Below, piece after piece: positions 49,857 to 57,929 of a stretch of 64,000 bases of DNA (within the stretch, counting starts at the first letter, position 1; each line of letters begins with the position of its first letter). Under the pieces are notes generated by a model. It was given only the letters and a program-made list of their open reading frames with translations. It did no database searches and was not told where the DNA came from. Made by a program: the position numbers and the translations under genes. Source of the stretch: Patescibacteria group bacterium (GTDB lineage Bacteria; Patescibacteriota; Minisyncoccia; Phycocordibacterales; PALSA-1337); contig JBBTTD010000002.1 of assembly GCA_038064415.1 (NCBI GenBank), positions 8,865-72,864 on the forward strand. The letters run 5' to 3'.

Positions 49857-49964
49857 ATACGAGGTATGGTACATGAATTTCATAGGAGTTGTGCTGTATC
49901 ATCAACGAAAGTAATGTGATGGAACAACACAATTCCTATGAAATTCATGTACCATACCTCGTAT
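49857..49964. repeat. Long inverted repeat (41-bp arms, 2 mismatches) between divergent genes
   Basis: ATACGAGGTATGGTACATGAATTTCATAGGA pairs perfectly (31 bp) with 49934-49964 and extends inward. Confidence 0.85.
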
Positions 49965-50008
49965 TAAGATGCTTGCGTACTTTCATTCTACAGATTAGAC
50001 TGTTTTGC

Positions 50009-51220
50009 ATGCAACCAGAAGCTAAAATCTACTATATAACCCGTGACATAGAACGCGCCGTAGGAATGACCCCGGGGCCTAATTACCACATCATCTCTAA
50101 CAAAACCCCATATGGTGAATCTATCAAACAACAGTACCCTGATTTTGTAACCTTACTCAATAGTCCAGACGGAAGATCCTTAGGCACCGGCGCCTTAATG
50201 GAACATCCAGAAACCGTCACAATAGTGCCAAGTGGTTCAAGTGTCTTAGTTTTCAAAAATACCGCTAGAATTGAGCCAATCGTCGCGGCAAAAGGTTGGA
50301 AAATGATAAATCCAAAAGCTACCCTATCAGAAACGGTTGAAAATAAAATCAGTCAGGTTGAATGGCTAGGCGAACTGGGTAAAAAATATCTACCAACGCA
50401 TAACATCATAGTCGCTAGACGTTTGACTTGGACCGGTGAACCATTTGTCTTGCAATGGGCGCACGGACATACGGGTGGCGGAACTATTTTGGTCCGTTCT
50501 GAAGCTGAATTGAAATCTCTTCAGCAAAAATTTCCAGAAAGAATGACTAGGCGAACGACATATATTCAAGGGCCGTCTTTTACCATAAACGCGATCGTAG
50601 CCGCGGACAAAATCTTGGTTGGCAACATCAGTTACCAAATCACTGGCTTGGCGCCATTCACGGACAATGCGTTCAGTACTGTCGGTAATGATTGGGCTGT
50701 GCCAAATACCTTACTAAATACCGATGAAATTGAATATATAGAGACGATGGTCAGTGACATTGGAAAAAAATTAAATATTTCCGGTTGGCGTGGTCTTTAT
50801 GGTGTTGATGTGATCAAGGATGACAAGCGCGACACTATTCATTTGATTGAAATCAACGCTAGACAACCAGCTTCAACAAGCTTTGAATCATTTCTGCAAA
50901 ATGAGAATCGCGTAAAAGGTGACGATGGATTTACCACTTTTGAGACTCATCTAAAAGCCATGTTGGGAGAAAAAATTGATAAGCCATTAATTCCGGTAAA
51001 TGACGGAGCACAGATAATCCAACGAATCACGAGATTGAAAAGAGATGTCAATCATAAAATAAAAAATTCACTTGAACTTTCTGGATACCAAGCTGTTATT
51101 TATCAAAACACAGAATACAACACTGATCTGATTAGGATTCAGAGTTTAAAAAATATCACGGAGGGAAATGGAAAACTTAATGAGAATGGCAGAAAGATAG
51201 TTAGTATAATTTCTGATTAA
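50009..51220 (+). CDS. ATP-grasp ligase of unknown substrate
   Basis: ENK, PFVLQ...GHTGGGT Gly loop, GLYGVD, LIEINAR (ExN). The ORF-track extension to 49889 only reads through the inverted repeat. Confidence 0.85.
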   Translation: MQPEAKIYYITRDIERAVGMTPGPNYHIISNKTPYGESIKQQYPDFVTLLNSPDGRSLGTGALMEHPETVTIVPSGSSVLVFKNTARIEPIVAAKGWKMINPKATLSETVENKISQVEWLGELGKKYLPTHNIIVARRLTWTGEPFVLQWAHGHTGGGTILVRSEAELKSLQQKFPERMTRRTTYIQGPSFTINAIVAADKILVGNISYQITGLAPFTDNAFSTVGNDWAVPNTLLNTDEIEYIETMVSDIGKKLNISGWRGLYGVDVIKDDKRDTIHLIEINARQPASTSFESFLQNENRVKGDDGFTTFETHLKAMLGEKIDKPLIPVNDGAQIIQRITRLKRDVNHKIKNSLELSGYQAVIYQNTEYNTDLIRIQSLKNITEGNGKLNENGRKIVSIISD

Positions 51221-51322
51221 CCCAATTATCTAATTTCTAAAAGACATCCAAGTCTCAACCAACAACACTGTAAAAAATTGGGGCGCTGTTTTCATTAATC
51301 ATTGAAAACTAGATATTAAAAG

Positions 51323-51358
51323 AACCCCCCGAAACTTTTTTCAAAGTTTCAGAGGGTT
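51323..51358 (-). terminator. Hairpin downstream of the putative DGR target gene (terminator and/or DGR cis hairpin)
   Basis: AACCCCCCGAAACTTT/AAAGTTTCAGAGGGTT stem; CTTTT follows on the minus strand. Confidence 0.6.
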
Positions 51359-51403
51359 TGAGATTCAAAGGATCAAAACACAGAGTGTCAAAATCCTAAA
51401 GAA

Positions 51404-52042
51404 TCAGCGGGAGAAGACCTGGCGACCAGCATCCCAGCCGTCCGAGCACCCGACAGAATCGGCACCGAGGTACCAACCACCGTCGTACCAGCGGGCGTGC
51501 ACGGCCCAGAGGTTACCATCTATGCCTCGGATATAGAAGATGTTTGCGTATCCATTTGTCAACAGGACACCTTTTTCACCATTACCTTGGAGTGTGAGTA
51601 GATGGTGGAGGTGTGCGAGTTTCGTCTCTTCCTTGTCTTCACCAATCTCGGTACGAATACCGAGATCTTTTGAGTTTTGGAGGAGTTTGTGGACTTGGAG
51701 GTCCACTGCTTGCACATCTCCTTCAATCTTAGGCAAGAAGTGGAGGTTGAAGTTGTCGCCAAAGGAAGAGTGGTACTTTACTCCATCAATGGTTTGACCC
51801 GCTTTGAAGCGATCGGCGGTGATGAACTGCTTGACGGCATCCACTCTAACCTGTGTCACAAACTCCAGAAGTTTGTTGATAATAATTCTTGCACGATTTT
51901 TCACAGCACTCACAAAGAGCGCGACTGTGTCGTGACCGTTCTTGATCGCCCAATCAACATCTTCAGTAGAGAGGGCGGCGAATCCGGATTGGTGTTCAGT
52001 AATGATTCCAGCGAGCTTGGGTATCTGTTTTTCGGTAGCCAT
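51404..52042 (-). CDS. Putative DGR variable (target) protein, probably C-type-lectin-like C-terminus
   Basis: C-terminus LWAVHARWYDGGWYLGADSVGCSDGWDAGRQVFSR*; the last 102 nt contain only 9 A and no codon starting with A; variable-looking codons end in C/T. Confidence 0.65.
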   Translation of the reverse strand: MATEKQIPKLAGIITEHQSGFAALSTEDVDWAIKNGHDTVALFVSAVKNRARIIINKLLEFVTQVRVDAVKQFITADRFKAGQTIDGVKYHSSFGDNFNLHFLPKIEGDVQAVDLQVHKLLQNSKDLGIRTEIGEDKEETKLAHLHHLLTLQGNGEKGVLLTNGYANIFYIRGIDGNLWAVHARWYDGGWYLGADSVGCSDGWDAGRQVFSR

Positions 52043-52266
52043 AATGATGTCCGTTTTTACAGTTGTTTTTGTTGTGCTGTATTGGCTCGGTCTCATAACT
52101 TCGCCACAGCATTGGATGCGCTATAATATTCAAGAAACTCAATGTCAGAGTAAAATCATGTAACCTGTCAATGAGCCCTTAAATTTCTACTTACAATATT
52201 ACATCCAAACACAGTAGTTGTCAAGTATCACAAAGCCCTTATTTTAAGGTACATTTATGGATACAA

Positions 52267-53037
52267 ATGAACACCAAAACTCTCTCAAACCGCGCACTTT
52301 CAACTATTAATCAGTATCTTAATTTTAGAGTTGGGACTGCTGTTTGTTCTATTCCCTATTTCAATAACAAAACAATAAAAGCCCGAGCCACTTTGCGTGC
52401 CTATGGTGGAAAAGGTAGTCCAAAAGATATCTTTGAAGAAATTCAAACAATCGCGGTAAAATCTCACGTGAATATTGAATCTCTGACCAATGAGTCACTA
52501 AAAAAAATACTCACGGACAATAATATCGGAATTGATTGTTCGGGTTTTGTCTATTATATACTCAATGCTCAAAGTGAAGAATTGAAAAACGAGACTTTAG
52601 ATAGACGCCTATCATTCGTAAATTGTCACGGACTTATCGGTAAAATCAGATGCTCACTTCGCCCAATTGAAAATTGTGATGTTGGAACTCTAGCTCATGA
52701 CAAAAATAGTCTGACTGTTCCAATTAAAGAAATCTCACCTAGCGATATAATTACGATGATTGGTGATAGTGAAGAAAACGAACACGATCACATTCTCGTC
52801 ATACACCAAGTTGAATACCAAAATTTTATTCCTTGCAAAATTCATTACTCACACGCTGTCGCATATCCTGAAGATGGTATTTATGGTACAGGGATCAGAC
52901 AAGGTACAATTGAAATAGTTGACCCAGATAAATCAATTTCGGAAGCGCGTTGGATTGAAAATAATAAAGAAGGAGTTGCCAATAGGATCTTTATCAGAGC
53001 AACAAAATCGAAAACAGAGATGAGGAGGTTGAGGTAA
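52267..53037 (+). CDS. NlpC/P60-like (papain-fold) cysteine amidase/peptidase
   Basis: GIDCSGFVYYIL catalytic Cys motif, later D.I.M....HDHILVI (His) and YSH; no signal peptide apparent. Confidence 0.65.
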   Translation: MNTKTLSNRALSTINQYLNFRVGTAVCSIPYFNNKTIKARATLRAYGGKGSPKDIFEEIQTIAVKSHVNIESLTNESLKKILTDNNIGIDCSGFVYYILNAQSEELKNETLDRRLSFVNCHGLIGKIRCSLRPIENCDVGTLAHDKNSLTVPIKEISPSDIITMIGDSEENEHDHILVIHQVEYQNFIPCKIHYSHAVAYPEDGIYGTGIRQGTIEIVDPDKSISEARWIENNKEGVANRIFIRATKSKTEMRRLR

Positions 53038-53040
53038 TCA

Positions 53041-53197
53041 GGAAGCATGGAATAGTTTGTATTTTTATTGCCGAGGACTGTTTGAACGACTATAAATTGC
53101 TTGATAAAATGCGAATGACGTTTCTAGAGTATTTTATCAAGCAATTTAAGAAGTGAGTTCCGCAGGCACATAAAAATACAAACTATTCCATGCTTCC
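53041..53197 (+). ncRNA. Structured repeat/ncRNA-like element, copy 1 (strand arbitrary)
   Basis: Perfect 28-bp outer IR, inner 20-bp stem, core GCCGAGGACTGTTTGA..CGACT / GAGTTCCGCAGGC shared with 60559-60748. Confidence 0.6.
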
Positions 53198-53235
53198 AAT
53201 CGTAACATTGCCGCACTTCATATTTTCGTGATATC

Positions 53236-54372
53236 GTGTACTTCATGATAACAATCCTAGAAGGTACCGCTGATTTGGCCTATATCATGGGTTTTGCGCT
53301 TATTGGCACGGTAGCGGCATATTTATGGGCGCCACTTTTGATTAAATTCCTGTATCATTTTCACATCATAAAAGGACCAAAAAGTGAGCTCACTATGCTC
53401 GGTTCACATGCATATAAAGCCACTACACCAGTCATGGGCGGACTTCTGGTTGTGATCACTGTCGCGGTAATTACCTATTTTTTCAATTGGTCCAGATCAT
53501 TCACTTATGTGCCAATCGGCGTGATGATCATATCAGCCGCTTTGGGCGCGATTGATGACATCATGAATATTTACGGTAGCGAAAGACGCTCTAGAAAACT
53601 TGGACATATCGTCAATCTGATTAAGATTCACAGAGAACTGAAGATGCGCGTTTGGTACATTATCACTTTTCCTTGGAGCGCGTTCAAACGCATGTCAGTT
53701 TGGTTTGGTTCGCGGACAAATAAAGGAGTTTTTGTCCATGAAAAATTGATTCTGCAATTTATCGCCGGTTCAATCACTGCTTGGTGGATTTATACCAAAC
53801 TCGGACCGGCATGGCATTATATTTATCTTCCTTTTGAAACTGGATTTGACCTTGGTTGGATCATTATCCCAGTTGTTATTTTTATAGTGATGTTCACGGC
53901 AAACGCGGTTAATATCGCCGATGGGATGGATGGCTTGGCTGGTGGAATGTTGATTACGACTTTCAGCGCGCTGACTATTTTGTCTTGGATTAACGGTTTT
54001 GGTGAAATCGCTATTTTAAATGCCACAACCGTCGGAGCATTGGTTTCTTATACTTATTTCAATATCAAACCGGCTAGATTTATGATGGGAGATATCGGAT
54101 CTCTCGGTCTCGGCGCGCTTTTAGCGGTCAACGCCATGGCTATTGGCGAAACTATTTCTCTGTTCTTCCTCGGTTTTATGTTTTATGTTGAAGCCTTATC
54201 GGTGGTCATCCAAGTTGCTTCTAGATATATTTTTGGTCGTAAAGTCTTCAAAATGGCGCCATTACATCATCATTTTGAATTAAAAGGTTGGAGTGAAGAA
54301 AAAACCGTGATGCGATTCTGGGTGGTACATTTTATCTTTGTGGTATCTGGATTTTGGCTGGCGTTGCACTAG
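53236..54372 (+). CDS. mraY: Phospho-N-acetylmuramoyl-peptide transferase MraY with a loop insertion
   Basis: TPVMGG, GAIDD, NAVNIADGMDGLAGG, FMMGDIGS, FKMAPLHHHFELKGWSE.K.V.RFW. Confidence 0.9.
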   Translation: MYFMITILEGTADLAYIMGFALIGTVAAYLWAPLLIKFLYHFHIIKGPKSELTMLGSHAYKATTPVMGGLLVVITVAVITYFFNWSRSFTYVPIGVMIISAALGAIDDIMNIYGSERRSRKLGHIVNLIKIHRELKMRVWYIITFPWSAFKRMSVWFGSRTNKGVFVHEKLILQFIAGSITAWWIYTKLGPAWHYIYLPFETGFDLGWIIIPVVIFIVMFTANAVNIADGMDGLAGGMLITTFSALTILSWINGFGEIAILNATTVGALVSYTYFNIKPARFMMGDIGSLGLGALLAVNAMAIGETISLFFLGFMFYVEALSVVIQVASRYIFGRKVFKMAPLHHHFELKGWSEEKTVMRFWVVHFIFVVSGFWLALH

Positions 54373-54379
54373 TCCCTGC

Positions 54380-54478
54380 GTCATTTCCGATCCCGATCGG
54401 AATTGAGGGCAGACTCCAGTGGGAATCAATGCTTGGCCTAAAGACTAACACATGGATCACAATTTTCACGGAGATGAC
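54380..54478. repeat. Degenerate GTCAT...ATGAC REP-like element
   Basis: GTCATTTCCG / CGGAGATGAC ends; internal hairpin TCCGATC-cc-GATCGGA and GGGAATC. Confidence 0.5.
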
Positions 54479-54502
54479 AAGAATAAATTCGTATTACATA
54501 TT

Positions 54503-55162
54503 ATGAACTACCTCCACTGGGACAAAAAAACAATAACTGATTTCTCTGGAAAAAATATCACCAATCTTTATAATCAAGGTTATGTTTTTACTCGTCTTGG
54601 TAAGGGAGTAATGCATCAGACGCGATCTGTAAGAATAAATCTTGCAAAATTTGAACCGACCAGTGAAAACAAAAGAATTCTCAAAAAAGTTGATGACATC
54701 GCCATGCAAGAAGTGACATTACCTTACGGAGAATATCACTGGTCCCTAGGAAAACTCGCCCAAGATTTTTATGAGGCAAAATTTGGCTCGGGAATTATGA
54801 GTACGCAAAAAGTAAAAGAAATGCTCACTGATAAAGAAAAAAGTAATTTTAATATTCTACTTATATTCTCAAACCCACAAGACATAATTGGATATGTGAT
54901 CTGTTATTTAGACTCTGAAATTATTCATTATAGTTATCCATTTTATGATCTAGGGAAATCATCAAAAGATATGGGTTTGGGAATGATGACAAAAACAATC
55001 CAGTATGCCAAAGGAAAGGGTCTGAAATATGCTTATTTGGGTTCCCTTCAACGGTCAGGAGATACTTATAAAATTCAGTTTGATGGTCTAGAATGGTTTG
55101 ATGGAAAAAGTTGGCAGACTGATATTAAAGAAGTGAAGAAAATCCTGGCAGCAATTATATAA
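54503..55162 (+). CDS. Bpt/ATE1-like aminoacyl-tRNA-dependent transferase (GNAT/FemABX superfamily)
   Basis: RINL..F..TSENKRIL, Y.Y.FYD......MGLG.M...I..AK..G.KY.YLG, YK.QF..LE.F....W; lacks the N-terminal Cys motif. Confidence 0.7.
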   Translation: MNYLHWDKKTITDFSGKNITNLYNQGYVFTRLGKGVMHQTRSVRINLAKFEPTSENKRILKKVDDIAMQEVTLPYGEYHWSLGKLAQDFYEAKFGSGIMSTQKVKEMLTDKEKSNFNILLIFSNPQDIIGYVICYLDSEIIHYSYPFYDLGKSSKDMGLGMMTKTIQYAKGKGLKYAYLGSLQRSGDTYKIQFDGLEWFDGKSWQTDIKEVKKILAAII

Positions 55163-55170
55163 AATTTGAT

Positions 55171-56634
55171 ATGACAAAAAATTCTGTTCAAAAAATACCC
55201 GCGCACCTCCACATCATCGGCATCTGCGGTGTCGCTACTAGTGCCTTGGCAATTGCTTTTCACAAGAAGGGCGTAAAAGTGACCGGAAGCGATAAGGGAT
55301 TTTTTCCTCCAGTTTCAATTGAATTAGAGAAACAAAAAATTGAGTTCTACGCTGGTTGGCATCCAGAAAAGATGGTCGCGAATGGTAGACCGGATACTAT
55401 TATAATCGGCGGTGGCGGAACTAGTCCTTCAAATCCCGAAATTATTTACGCCAAAGAACATAACATTTCTGTTTATTCATACGCGGAAATTCTACAAAAA
55501 TATTTCATCAAAAAAAATTCAATCGTTGTGACAGGAACCTGGGGAAAAACAACCATTTCCGCCATGCTTTCATTCGTTCTTTTGAGAGCCAAAATGGATC
55601 CAAGTTATTTTACCGGCGGACTTTCACTTTCTCATGATACCGGCGCGTTGTCCGATTCAAATTGGAGTGTGGTTGAAGGCGATGAATATCAAGTTTCAAT
55701 TTCTGATCATAGACCAAAATTTGTCTACTATTCCCCTACTTATCTAATTTTGACTTCAGTGTCTTGGGATCATGCTGATTTATATCCAACAGAAAAGGCA
55801 TATTTTGATGAATTCAGAAATTTAGTCAATAAAATTCCAGAAAATGGAAAAATCGTTGCTTGTATTGATAATGATGGAGTGAAAAAAATTATTGGAGACA
55901 AATTAGAATCTGGCGAAAGAATCATTACTTATGGAAAAACTGCCGGTACAAATTATCAATATGATTCAGTCATTCCGACAAAAAATGGCTTGGATTTCAT
56001 AATTGAATCAGCGCGGGGTAGACCAGCGCACGCGTCATTCAAGATTCACTCGCCAATGCTCGGTCGCTTCAATGCTGAAAATATCACCGCAGTATTCGCT
56101 ATGGCTAGTGAAGTTGGGATCAAACCGGAAAAAATAATCAAAGCTATTGCTGAATTCAAAGGAATAAAACGCCGATTTGAGAAACGGTTTGAAGGTGAAA
56201 TAACCGTCATGGATTGTCACGCTCCAACTCCCGAAAAAGCAGCATCGGTGTTGGAAAATATCAAAGAAGTATATAAAAATAAAATAATCGCGGTTTATGA
56301 ACCGAATATCGGCGGACGACAAAGAAGTTCCGCAGGAATGTATGATGGCGCCTTTAAAGATGCTGATATCGTGATTGTCCCGCGATTAACAAAACTAAAG
56401 ATTGAGCGAGGTCCGACCTCGCTAGCGAGGTCCGACCTCGCTCAAAAACCTCTGGAGGGCGATGAATTGGCGCGAATTATTGGTAAAACACACACCAATG
56501 TCCACTATTTAGCAAATGATGAGGATCTAGTCACATTTTTGAAGTCAGAAGCAAAAAGAGGTGATATGATCGCCTTTCTCGGCTCACATGGCTTCAGGGG
56601 AATGATTGAGGAGACAGTAAAAAAATTCCAATAA
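55171..56634 (+). CDS. Mpl/MurC-family Mur ligase
   Basis: HIIGICG, GSD..FFPP.S, VTGTWGKTT, EGDEY, DHAD, G.FN.EN, FKGIKRRFE, YEP. Confidence 0.88.
   Translation: MTKNSVQKIPAHLHIIGICGVATSALAIAFHKKGVKVTGSDKGFFPPVSIELEKQKIEFYAGWHPEKMVANGRPDTIIIGGGGTSPSNPEIIYAKEHNISVYSYAEILQKYFIKKNSIVVTGTWGKTTISAMLSFVLLRAKMDPSYFTGGLSLSHDTGALSDSNWSVVEGDEYQVSISDHRPKFVYYSPTYLILTSVSWDHADLYPTEKAYFDEFRNLVNKIPENGKIVACIDNDGVKKIIGDKLESGERIITYGKTAGTNYQYDSVIPTKNGLDFIIESARGRPAHASFKIHSPMLGRFNAENITAVFAMASEVGIKPEKIIKAIAEFKGIKRRFEKRFEGEITVMDCHAPTPEKAASVLENIKEVYKNKIIAVYEPNIGGRQRSSAGMYDGAFKDADIVIVPRLTKLKIERGPTSLARSDLAQKPLEGDELARIIGKTHTNVHYLANDEDLVTFLKSEAKRGDMIAFLGSHGFRGMIEETVKKFQ
56402..56445. repeat. Tandem pair of 19-bp REP-like palindromes in-frame in the Mur ligase
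   Basis: AGCGAGGTCCGACCTCGCT twice (56405-56423, 56424-56442), flanked by TTG/CAA. Confidence 0.9.
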
Positions 56635-56655
56635 TCAAAAAGATTGATCATTAAT

Positions 56656-56829
56656 CTACTTCCCTTCGTCAACAATATCCGTCTCAACCGCGCCATCAGA
56701 AGCAATTTCCTTAACAAGTAAAGTCATGCCACAATGGTTACATTCTATAACCATGCCCATTGAGAGATTCGGGTAACGAGACAAATCAATAGTATTTTTA
56801 CATTCAGGGCACACACAAAGCATATTCAT
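56656..56829 (-). CDS. LysW-like Zn-ribbon protein (57 aa) ending in DEGK
   Basis: CPEC...(18 aa)...ECNHCG..L.V and an acidic tail ETDIVDEGK; same architecture as LysW, which ends EDWGE. Confidence 0.72.
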   Translation of the reverse strand: MNMLCVCPECKNTIDLSRYPNLSMGMVIECNHCGMTLLVKEIASDGAVETDIVDEGK

Positions 56830-56925
56830 AGTTTTAAGGTTTTGATGAAACATTATCCAGTAAAGTACGATTATAATCGCGCTTTCCATAGTAACCGAAA
56901 AAGTGTAATATGGCAATTGTAATTT

Positions 56926-57801
56926 ATGATTACCCCATTAGAAAAATTCAATGGTTTGGCTAAAGTTCTAAAGACTAAAGAGCTTTATTTCAAGCGCGAA
57001 GACCTACATCCATACGGCTCTCACAAGGGTCGTTCTATCCCTATAATGATTGACCACTATTACCAGAATGGTGATCGTACTTTTGCCATTTCAAGTTCAG
57101 GAAATGCGGCATTAGCGGCGGCAATACACGCTCAAAAATTAAATAACATTAAGCTGGATATCTTCGTCGGAAATCATGTATCGCCAGAAAAGTTGAAAAA
57201 AATTCGCGCGATTGCCGAAAAAAGTATTGGGAATATTCGCGTTTTGGTAAAAGAACGGCCACTTCAAGCTCTGATTCAAGCGACACAAGAAGGCGTTCGA
57301 AGCTTGCGCCAATCTACTGATGACCAGGCTTTGATGGGTTATCAATCATTAGCTGAAGAACTGACGCAAACCTATAATGCGCAAAAAATCGGCGCTATTT
57401 TTATTGGCACTTCTTCAGGCACGACTGCCCAAGCGCTCGCTCAATATTTTTTGGATAAAAAAATTCCAATTCAAGTCCATATCATCCAAACATCTTCATG
57501 TCATCCAATTTCAGAACAATTTGAACCATATGACGGGCCAGATGAACGATCAATTGCCGATGCCATCACAGACATTACCGGACACAGAAAATCAGCGCTT
57601 ATGCCTTTAATAGAAAAAACCGGCGGAAAAGGTTGGATTGCCACAAATGAAGATATTAAAACCGCGCAAAAATTGGTCAGTGAACATACTAAATTAAATA
57701 TTTCCACGAATAGCGCGCTCTCAATTGTTGGGATAATGAAGGCAAATTATGTCGGACACAAAATAGACGGCGCGATAGTTTGCATGATTTGTGGAGAATG
57801 A
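56926..57801 (+). CDS. Fold-type II PLP enzyme (threonine synthase/cysteine synthase superfamily)
   Basis: ITPL, FKREDLHPYGSHKGR (PLP Lys), SSSGNAALA, GTSSGTT phosphate loop, terminal CG. Confidence 0.85.
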   Translation: MITPLEKFNGLAKVLKTKELYFKREDLHPYGSHKGRSIPIMIDHYYQNGDRTFAISSSGNAALAAAIHAQKLNNIKLDIFVGNHVSPEKLKKIRAIAEKSIGNIRVLVKERPLQALIQATQEGVRSLRQSTDDQALMGYQSLAEELTQTYNAQKIGAIFIGTSSGTTAQALAQYFLDKKIPIQVHIIQTSSCHPISEQFEPYDGPDERSIADAITDITGHRKSALMPLIEKTGGKGWIATNEDIKTAQKLVSEHTKLNISTNSALSIVGIMKANYVGHKIDGAIVCMICGE

Positions 57802-57929
57802 CAGTGAGAAACAAAGCAAGAAGCGGGTGTGAATTTTATGAAAGACTGCAATCTCTTTGCGTGGAACGCGAGACAATTATAACGGTCTTTCATAAAATTC
57901 ACACCCGCTTCTTGCTTTGTTACTATTTC

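Noticed and set aside
49889-50008. Upstream extension of the ATP-grasp ORF
   Set aside because: It is translation through the long inverted repeat; ATG 50009 follows a -10-like TAGACT.
53041-53197. Hammerhead ribozyme call for the structured element
   Set aside because: CTGTTTGA resembles CUGAnGA, but the GAAA core and three-way junction are not evident.
56656-57801. Canonical LysW lysine/arginine pathway or threonine synthesis
   Set aside because: No lysZ/Y/J/K or thrA/B nearby, the carrier lacks the terminal Glu, and the ATP-grasp does not look like compact LysX/RimK.
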